This document shows positions 56,659-64,000 of a stretch of 64,000 bases of DNA, piece after piece; positions within the stretch are counted from its first letter, which is position 1, and every line of letters begins with the position of its first letter. The position numbers and the translations under genes are program-made. The stretch lies in the IMG/VR virus record IMGVR_UViG_3300042511_000879, positions 1-64,000 of that record. One strand, given 5' to 3'. The notes under the pieces were generated by a model. The model was not told the origin of the DNA. It saw only the letters and a list, made by a program, of their open reading frames with translations, and ran no database searches.

Positions 56659-58730
56659 TATATGATGTTTACATTTCCGTAGTACAACAGTGATTCAGTA
56701 CTTCCGTTTTTTATGTTAATATAAAATTTGTCTGCATTCTGATTTGTATCACTTTGGTCAAATCTAACCGCTACGCTTTTTGGTACTTTAAAGAAAACTT
56801 CTCCAACTCCTAAGTCGACTCCTGGAAAACTAGGATCGTGAGATATTTGTTGTTCAATAGTTCCACTTTTAATAATAAGTATCAAATCTTCCGCATTAAC
56901 TAGACTTATACTTTTCATCGAATCTCCATCAGGTTGAGCAATTTTAAATTTAACATAATTATCAGAAACTTTTGAAAGATTAATAATTCCATCCCCTTCT
57001 TTTTTATAATCCATCGATGTTGTATCATTTACTGCTGCTCCATCGACTGTTACTGAAGTACTTCCTGCCATAATTCTATAAGTATCTAAGGCTACAGGAA
57101 CATATTTAGTTTCTCCAACACTAGGTCTGATAGAATTTACAAATTGATTAAGTTCTCTATTAGTACTTGTATTTGGCAGAGTATTATAAACTACGCTTGG
57201 CGCAAAATTAGAATTAAGAGCCAGTTTCAGTAATTTCTTACCATATTTTTTAGGTTGAGCATATATTAAAGAAGCAGTCTTTACGATTTGAGTATTATCT
57301 GTTTCATTGTAAATTCTTAAATTAACCGATAATAAAAAGTTACTTGATACTGAAGAGTTTAAAATAACCGGGCGAAATACAATGGCTTCATCATAATTTG
57401 AAGTTTGTGTAAACGTATTATTAAAGGTGTTAATATAATTAAGACCTAATTGTTCTGCAACTTGAACCTCATAAAATAAGGTAATGTCATCTCCAGAAGT
57501 TGCGATTCTTCCTGTTATATAATTTTCAAATGCAGGTTGATTTCCATTATAAGTACCATAGATTTTAAAATAATCTCCATCAGTTGCATGTTCAACATGA
57601 ACTGCAATATCAGTGTACTCATCCTCTTGAGCCAGCGTTAATGATTTTCCTTCAGCAACATTAATATAATCATAACCTCCGAGAGTAATTACACTATCGA
57701 TTAATTTAAAATCAAATTCATAATTAGCAGTTGTTGGAATAGAATCAGCCCCAGATACACCAAAGAAAGTATTTTTAAATTTCTCGTTTGGAATATCTAT
57801 AGTTGAAAACATTTCCACTAAAGAAGGAACTTTAATTTCAATATACTTAGAATATGAAGATTCTCCTAATATAAATGGGTTTGGATTTTGAATTTCAAAA
57901 CTTGAAGAGTTTAAATAAACCGTTGAATTAAAATAATTATAGATTCCAGAGTTTCTTTTAATCTTTGTTTGGAATAAGAAACCATCATAACCTCTACCAC
58001 TAAAAGAATATCCTGTTCTTAAATGTAACTTAATTGTATCATAACATACTGCTTCTACATCAATTGTTGGAACTGGCTGTAAACCAGTAGAATCAGTTCC
58101 TAGCCATTCAGTAGAATCTAAATAACTTAAACTATTCTCAAGAAGAGCCATTGTACCTGCAGTATCAGTAGGAACTGCGTAATATCTTCCAGACTGTCCA
58201 GCTCCGGTTCTAATATCATTTCCAGTGTCTGCTAATGGAACTGAAAATAGGGAACTTGCACGGTCTGAAACTTGGATTTCTCCTCCAGTAAATTCGGTAC
58301 TTGCTAAATTAGTATATTCATAAGCATATTTTCCATTAGTTGTCGGTGTATAAATATAAGTAGTTCCAGCTCCTGATAAATAACCATTTCCGCCTGGAAT
58401 ATTAAATCCAGCAGGATTATTAATAGAAACATCGCTCAAGTCAAATTTATAAGTACTTCCATTTTTTAACAATAGCATTCTTGAAGCGAAATTATTAATA
58501 ACTACAAACCCATTAGAAGTTGTAACTACAAACTCTACAACATCTGCTCCTAATTCGTGTATTAAAAATCTTGATGCACTATTATCGGCATCAACTGTGT
58601 TTAAATACTTAATTTGACTTCCATTATTGTCATTTTCGATTTTGACCAAATCAGCGTTTGATTGGTCATGATACATGAATTCTAATAATACGTCGTCGTC
58701 TAATTTAACGAATCTTGATGATTTTGCCAT
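56658..58730 (-). CDS. Hypothetical virion structural protein
   Basis: 690 aa, beta-rich, within the tail gene block. Confidence 0.6.
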   Translation of the reverse strand: MAKSSRFVKLDDDVLLEFMYHDQSNADLVKIENDNNGSQIKYLNTVDADNSASRFLIHELGADVVEFVVTTSNGFVVINNFASRMLLLKNGSTYKFDLSDVSINNPAGFNIPGGNGYLSGAGTTYIYTPTTNGKYAYEYTNLASTEFTGGEIQVSDRASSLFSVPLADTGNDIRTGAGQSGRYYAVPTDTAGTMALLENSLSYLDSTEWLGTDSTGLQPVPTIDVEAVCYDTIKLHLRTGYSFSGRGYDGFLFQTKIKRNSGIYNYFNSTVYLNSSSFEIQNPNPFILGESSYSKYIEIKVPSLVEMFSTIDIPNEKFKNTFFGVSGADSIPTTANYEFDFKLIDSVITLGGYDYINVAEGKSLTLAQEDEYTDIAVHVEHATDGDYFKIYGTYNGNQPAFENYITGRIATSGDDITLFYEVQVAEQLGLNYINTFNNTFTQTSNYDEAIVFRPVILNSSVSSNFLLSVNLRIYNETDNTQIVKTASLIYAQPKKYGKKLLKLALNSNFAPSVVYNTLPNTSTNRELNQFVNSIRPSVGETKYVPVALDTYRIMAGSTSVTVDGAAVNDTTSMDYKKEGDGIINLSKVSDNYVKFKIAQPDGDSMKSISLVNAEDLILIIKSGTIEQQISHDPSFPGVDLGVGEVFFKVPKSVAVRFDQSDTNQNADKFYINIKNGSTESLLYYGNVNII

Positions 58731-58744
58731 TACTCTATAATTTT

Positions 58745-59560
58745 TTAAAACCTAAGCCATTTTGGAGACCATATAAGTCCTACATTTAATGAAGGTCCGA
58801 TACTAACAACTTTATTATTATTTAGGTTAATTCCATAACCAACTCCAACTCCAAGTGACCAACCTGATTTTTTTTCAAGTTTTTGGTTTAATTTGTCGTT
58901 AACTAAATTAATATTTTCAATATTAGTAAATAATACTCCAGGAGAAGGTGATGTAATTTTTAGTTTGTTAACACCTTCTTCGTTTATAATTGCAGCCTTA
59001 AGTTCAATTCCTTGCTCAAAGTTAAATTTATTTGAAAGAACTTTGATATTGTTTGTCTTTTTATTTCTTAAAATGTCAACAGTTCCATTGAACTTCCTCC
59101 AATTATATTTATCCCAATTTTTTTCATCATTAATAGATATTGTCGCAGTTGAATCACTTGTTTGAACAACTAGACTTTGGGCATTAATAATAGAATCTTT
59201 TATTTTAATTTCAGCTCTTAACAATGAATTTACTCCTTTAAGGTCTTTATTAAGACCCAGAGATTTTTGATAATCGCCGATAACTTTTTTATTTTCAGCG
59301 GTTAAGGTATTAATATCAAACTCATACGCCAATTTAATTGCAACTAATTCTCCATTTTTATTTCTTTCGAATTTAATAGTATCTTGAGATGCTTTGAGAT
59401 TGTTATAATTTCTGTTTGAAACCTTTTGCGCAATTTCAGCATCATGTTTGAGCGTTGAATTTCTATCACATTGATGCAATAATAATAAAACAATAATCAC
59501 TAAAACTATGAATTGGATAGTGTTCTTGTTTGTCGGAATGTATTTTTTAAAGTCTATCAT
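58745..59560 (-). CDS. Membrane-anchored coiled-coil protein (spanin-like candidate)
   Basis: N-terminal TM FIVLVIIVLLLLHQC, coiled coil, C-terminal beta-hairpin WSLGVGVGYG...KWLRF. Confidence 0.5.
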   Translation of the reverse strand: MIDFKKYIPTNKNTIQFIVLVIIVLLLLHQCDRNSTLKHDAEIAQKVSNRNYNNLKASQDTIKFERNKNGELVAIKLAYEFDINTLTAENKKVIGDYQKSLGLNKDLKGVNSLLRAEIKIKDSIINAQSLVVQTSDSTATISINDEKNWDKYNWRKFNGTVDILRNKKTNNIKVLSNKFNFEQGIELKAAIINEEGVNKLKITSPSPGVLFTNIENINLVNDKLNQKLEKKSGWSLGVGVGYGINLNNNKVVSIGPSLNVGLIWSPKWLRF

Positions 59561-59584
59561 AATTAATCGTATTTATACTTGGTT

Positions 59585-61828
59585 TTAGTATGGTGCGCAA
59601 TTATTTGTAATTGTGCTTTCTTGATAGATAATAGTGCCTACAAATGTAGTCACTATATATTGATATCCGGTACCAAATTCAGGTTGATTATATTGATCAA
59701 AATAATACCAGTTTATATTTTCCGCAGATTCATATGAGTTACTATTGGGATTAAACCACCAATAATATGCCACAGGACTAGAACTATTTGTATATATTAC
59801 GTATGGGTAACCGCATGCTCCTCCTAAACCAGCTTCCATACCTTTTATATATATTTCCGGTAAAGATTCATACGTTCCAGTATCTGGTATAATTATTGCA
59901 GTACCACTCCACATTATAGTAGTAGATCCTCCACTTGGAAAATTAGTATCACTTAACGTTACTTCAATTGTAGTTGAATCAACTAAAGTTTTACTAATTA
60001 TTTGAATTCTACTCGGTGAGCCAGGTTGAAGAGTTAAGTTATCAACTTGAGTTTGTGTAAAATAATATCCACCATTAGCAGTTATTGTAACTGGAAAGGA
60101 ATATGTCGATCCTTGAATTTGAGATGCTTGTTTAATGGAATCCAATGTTCCATCAGTTCCATCATCTACTGCAGTTGCATACGCAGGGCGGTACTCAGGG
60201 GTCGATAATAAATAAGAATGTTGTACTGTTAAAGGACTAATATATGCTGCCGTATTAATATTTAAAGTTGCGGTTTCTGAAGTGGCAGGATGTGAACTTA
60301 TATTAATAACTATAGAAATTGTAGTTGGATCGCCCGGAGCTACAGTTATACCTCCTTCTAGAATCGTAGCATATGCTGGTAATCCGGTAATACTTTCCGG
60401 AGTAACAACTGCCGACCAATAATATCCAGCCGGAAGAGTAACGGTCGACGTGAATGAATATGAATCACCAACTACATGATCAGTTATTGTATTTAACGGA
60501 TGTGGATTTGGTACAAGATTTTCCATCGCATCATCCAATAAAAATGTTAGTATAATTGGTGGATTTTGGCTTCCACCTCCATCGAACCAATATAAATCAG
60601 TTTTCCCTAAATAAATAATTTGAGGTAGTTGTTTGATTTTAAAAGTTGTTCCAGTACCAGTACCTACATTACCTGAAGATGTATCCACTGTAGAAGTAAT
60701 ATTATAAACTAATGTGGAAACTGAAGTTGCAGTCATATTTATGTTTGAACCTCCGGTGATATGTCTTCTAAAATTTGATGTAATTGCACTACCCTGTCCT
60801 GCTGGATTTTCAGAAAACGGGTTGTCATCTATAATGTAATTAAATTGACCTATCGAAGGAACTTGATGAGTATCAACTCCATTTGTCCATTGTTTCCCAT
60901 GACAAAGATACCATCCTTTGTAGTTTCCTACTCCTTTACCTGCCGATATACGTATCGGACTTGTATCACCTTGTGATGTTATACTTTCAGTATTTATAAA
61001 CTTAGTGTTATCCGCAAATATAGAAGGTAAAATTGAAACTATAGTACCAAAAGGAACGGTTCCTCCAAGTTCTTGTACACTTTTAAATGTAACCCTTCCA
61101 GTATTATCTGCTGAAATGGCAATTTCATTAATATCTGCACCTTGATTTCCAATAATTAAACCATTTATAATTGAAGCAGGAGAATCAAATGTTGTTTTAG
61201 TTTTAAAGAATGTTCCACTTAAATTAATTAATAAACTATCTGGAGATGAAATTGAACTACGAAAACTAGTGCTTGCAGATCTATATGTACTTATTGAATT
61301 CTCAATTTCGAGAAATCCCATTGTCATTTGATCTTTTCCACCGAATTTTTCTAATCTAAAATCATAAGCGTTGCCAGGGATATCCCCATTTAAAAATCTT
61401 AAATTAGAAATAGAATACGGTTGTCTATAGATATTCCATTGATACTGTGTTTTTCCTCCAACTAATTCAGATTTTGTCCCGGATTCCGGATCGCTTTCAA
61501 CATAACCAATACTTACAACTGGAGCGGGATAGGAGTTGTTTCCAGAATGAATAGGTATTAAAGTATCTGCATCAATATTTCCAGGAGCGATCTTTTTCCA
61601 ATAGTTACTAGAAATTGGACTTTGAGGTCCTTGGAATCCAGCATCTCCTATAGGTCCTTGGAATCCCGGCTGCCCAGTAGTACCTTGAGTTCCGGTCTGT
61701 CCAATAGGACCTTGAGGACCTCGAGGTCCTCCTCCATTTGCAACAAGTTGATCAAAATTATAATTGACATTGTCAAGTTTAATATTGTCAGAATCTGAAG
61801 TGTTTATATGTTTAAGACTAATTGGCAT
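59585..61828 (-). CDS. Tail fibre / baseplate fibre protein with short collagen and tail-collar-like domain
   Basis: GPRGPQGPIGQ collagen, VPFGTIV...GWYLCHG, KIKQLPQIIYLG; paralog of 62546-63934. Confidence 0.7.
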   Translation of the reverse strand: MPISLKHINTSDSDNIKLDNVNYNFDQLVANGGGPRGPQGPIGQTGTQGTTGQPGFQGPIGDAGFQGPQSPISSNYWKKIAPGNIDADTLIPIHSGNNSYPAPVVSIGYVESDPESGTKSELVGGKTQYQWNIYRQPYSISNLRFLNGDIPGNAYDFRLEKFGGKDQMTMGFLEIENSISTYRSASTSFRSSISSPDSLLINLSGTFFKTKTTFDSPASIINGLIIGNQGADINEIAISADNTGRVTFKSVQELGGTVPFGTIVSILPSIFADNTKFINTESITSQGDTSPIRISAGKGVGNYKGWYLCHGKQWTNGVDTHQVPSIGQFNYIIDDNPFSENPAGQGSAITSNFRRHITGGSNINMTATSVSTLVYNITSTVDTSSGNVGTGTGTTFKIKQLPQIIYLGKTDLYWFDGGGSQNPPIILTFLLDDAMENLVPNPHPLNTITDHVVGDSYSFTSTVTLPAGYYWSAVVTPESITGLPAYATILEGGITVAPGDPTTISIVINISSHPATSETATLNINTAAYISPLTVQHSYLLSTPEYRPAYATAVDDGTDGTLDSIKQASQIQGSTYSFPVTITANGGYYFTQTQVDNLTLQPGSPSRIQIISKTLVDSTTIEVTLSDTNFPSGGSTTIMWSGTAIIIPDTGTYESLPEIYIKGMEAGLGGACGYPYVIYTNSSSPVAYYWWFNPNSNSYESAENINWYYFDQYNQPEFGTGYQYIVTTFVGTIIYQESTITNNCAPY

Positions 61829-61876
61829 ACCTATCTATATTTAGATTATATATTCTAATTTTTAGAGAGTATACTA

Positions 61877-62527
61877 TTATAGTTTTTGAATAAACAAGGT
61901 AACTATAGATGGTTGAGCATTATTATGTGCTGATCCACCGCCTATCGGTCTTGTAGAAAACTCCTTATTAGGCTTTGAAGTACTTCCGGGCCTATCAGTA
62001 AGTTGAACATTTAAAGCAGCAGGAGGTCCGTCTGTATATAGAGGTGGTACATTACTAGAATGCGAATATATATTTCCAGCCCATCCTCCACCGTCATTAC
62101 CGTGTGTTGGATATTTATGTCCATGCTCCGGCATTTCACCAGTAGTTAAAATATGTGTTTTTTCACCAAAAGTAACTGGTACGCCATTAGCATACATATT
62201 CGGTTGAGCAATACTAGTACCATTATCGTCGGTAGCTGTAGTTCCCCAACCAACAGAAACTCTACCTGTTCGGTTTTTTGTTAAACCATTATATCCGTTA
62301 CAAATCGCCCATCCTAATCTTTCATTAGTTCCTATTCCATTTGCATCGAAGTTATTCGAAATATATGCATCAGTGCAGTCAATTTCTTTTATGTCTCCGG
62401 TTAGCCATTGGCTGTTTGCAAAAGCTAAAATAGCTTCTTCAGCATCTATATGCCTCTCTGCTGTTATATTACTTCCAGGAGCTAGCTTTTCGGAAATAAT
62501 TTGTAATACTTCATTATATGTCGCCAT
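61877..62527 (-). CDS. Tail-collar / short-fibre-like protein
   Basis: GDIKE, GWAICNG.NG, GRVSVG, GEKTHILTTGEMPEHGH, GGSAHNNAQPSIVTLFIQKL. Confidence 0.78.
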   Translation of the reverse strand: MATYNEVLQIISEKLAPGSNITAERHIDAEEAILAFANSQWLTGDIKEIDCTDAYISNNFDANGIGTNERLGWAICNGYNGLTKNRTGRVSVGWGTTATDDNGTSIAQPNMYANGVPVTFGEKTHILTTGEMPEHGHKYPTHGNDGGGWAGNIYSHSSNVPPLYTDGPPAALNVQLTDRPGSTSKPNKEFSTRPIGGGSAHNNAQPSIVTLFIQKL

Positions 62528-62545
62528 AATTTATTTTTATTTTTA

Positions 62546-63934
62546 TTAACCTGCATTATAATCTGATAATGCATAGTCAGTTTGATTATAGTCTGTTGTT
62601 ATAAGTTGTCCTTCGCCTAATTGTGACCAATATAAATTACTTACTCCTAAATAAACAATTTGAGGTAGTTTTTTAATTTTAAATTGTATACCTGAATTAT
62701 TTGATGAGATTTGTGGATCATTTGAATCATTTGAAAGATCAATATCATACAAAGCGCTACTCTCTCCGGATTCATCTGCATCCACAAAAATAAGAGCTCC
62801 TCCAATTAATTGAATTTCATCATTAGTTACACTTTTATATCCTTGACTATTAGGATCCGCAGACTGTGGATTATTAATAATTTGATATGAATATGAATTA
62901 AGATCAGGAACTTGCCATTTGTAAAAATCAGGATTATTAGGATCAGTAATAACACCATCTGTCCACCTTTGTCCATTACAAACATACCAACCTAGATAAT
63001 CTCCAATTCCAGCTCCCATTTTTATTTTTATAGGATTATTTAGATCTGAATTTGTATCGATGATTTGACTATAAACAAATCTAGACGGGTCACTAAATAT
63101 TGAAGGTAATATAGAAATAATAGTACCTATTTTAACACTACCTCCTAATTCTTCTGTCGTTTTAAAAGTTACATTACCAGCACTGTTAATTGCAGTTACT
63201 ATTTTATTTACATCTGCGCCTTGATTCCCAATACGTAATGCTGCATTAAAAGTAACCTGTTTTTCAAAAAAAGTATTTCCTAGAGTTGATCCACCAGATG
63301 TTGAAATATTAAATAAATCAACTGCAGTATTTCCAGTACTTTTAATAATATGAGATTTTGCTTTTAAATTTAACTGTGAATTTTGATTATCAATAAAACC
63401 TAGATATAATTTAGATAATCCATCAGAATTATCCATGGTAATATCAAACGCATTACCAAAAACACCTGAACTTTTAAATCTTAAATTAGAAGCAACATTG
63501 CTACTACGTCTATTAACAACCCATTGATATTTTGGTAAACCATTGGGTTGCTGCTGTGCTTCATATCCAGTATCTTCATCTGTGTAGCCGGCAGCAATAA
63601 CAGAAGCATATAATGGAGCAGGATCGATATTGTCAATAGGATGCTTTGAAAACATAGTTGCCATTACATTTCCACCATCTATTAAATTCTGAGAAACGAC
63701 TACCCAATATGAATCAGAACCTCCTACGTCCGGTCCTTTGGTTCCTTGACTTCCTCTACCACCCTGAACTCCTAATGCTCCTTTAAATCCTTGAGCACCA
63801 TCATTTCCATTTGATCCTATATAACCTTTAGGACCTCCACCATTTGCAATAAGCTGATCAAAATTATAGTTAATTTTGTCCAGCTTAATATTATCAGTAT
63901 CGAGTACTCTTATCTGTTTAAGGTTAATTGTCAT
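62546..63934 (-). CDS. Tail fibre / baseplate fibre protein, paralog of 59585-61828
   Basis: Shared DNIKLD..NYNFDQL.ANGGGP, collagen tract, GWYVCNG, FKIKKLPQIVYLG. Confidence 0.7.
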   Translation of the reverse strand: MTINLKQIRVLDTDNIKLDKINYNFDQLIANGGGPKGYIGSNGNDGAQGFKGALGVQGGRGSQGTKGPDVGGSDSYWVVVSQNLIDGGNVMATMFSKHPIDNIDPAPLYASVIAAGYTDEDTGYEAQQQPNGLPKYQWVVNRRSSNVASNLRFKSSGVFGNAFDITMDNSDGLSKLYLGFIDNQNSQLNLKAKSHIIKSTGNTAVDLFNISTSGGSTLGNTFFEKQVTFNAALRIGNQGADVNKIVTAINSAGNVTFKTTEELGGSVKIGTIISILPSIFSDPSRFVYSQIIDTNSDLNNPIKIKMGAGIGDYLGWYVCNGQRWTDGVITDPNNPDFYKWQVPDLNSYSYQIINNPQSADPNSQGYKSVTNDEIQLIGGALIFVDADESGESSALYDIDLSNDSNDPQISSNNSGIQFKIKKLPQIVYLGVSNLYWSQLGEGQLITTDYNQTDYALSDYNAG

Positions 63935-64000
63935 TTAGATTTATATATTATTTTAATTATAACTAACATTCCAATACGTCTATTATTTGACCAGTTGCCG

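Noticed and set aside
285-59165. Numerous plus-strand ORFs of 60-150 aa in the ORF track
   Set aside because: They are antisense shadows of well-supported minus-strand genes, Ser/Phe/Leu-rich and without motifs.
1-64000. Alternative genetic code (stop-codon reassignment)
   Set aside because: Core genes translate full-length under the standard code with dense packing; the polymerase split involves separate loci, not an in-frame stop.

Overview
A 64-kb AT-rich segment of a large T4-like (Tevenvirinae/jumbo-type) myophage genome, almost entirely on the minus strand. Promoter style, the RNR type, the tail-collar proteins and the absence of obvious Shine-Dalgarno sequences suggest a Bacteroidota host. 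The window holds the T4 core genes: RNase H, clamp loader, gp23, a fused gp21-gp22, gp20, gp2, gp4, gp55, gp15, gp46/47, gp41, UvsX/Y/W, gp45, gp61, gp32, RuvC, NrdA/B and tail-fibre genes. The family-B DNA polymerase is split into two genes about 4.6 kb apart. Three features stand out. (1) A candidate DNA-hypermodification cluster (29.4-34.9 kb) pairs a myo-inositol-phosphate synthase and a HAD phosphatase with an amino-acid:DNA-transferase (aGPT-Pplase)-like enzyme, an FkbM methyltransferase, a gp56-like dNTPase, a BGT-like/SGNH protein and DUF6378, suggesting an inositol-modified base. (2) About 15 unrelated proteins share a capsid-targeting-like leader (MKHIKLFE[D/Q]F[V/I/L]NE), and two modular polyproteins are punctuated by ES[V/T]V[N/T]E putative prohead-protease sites. 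(3) A Ro60/TROVE-like gene is followed by two stem-closed non-coding units sharing TACAGCAAA, which are candidate Y-RNA-like RNAs. Three promoter classes can be read directly from the intergenic DNA. All family assignments come from motif recognition by eye; no database searches were run.
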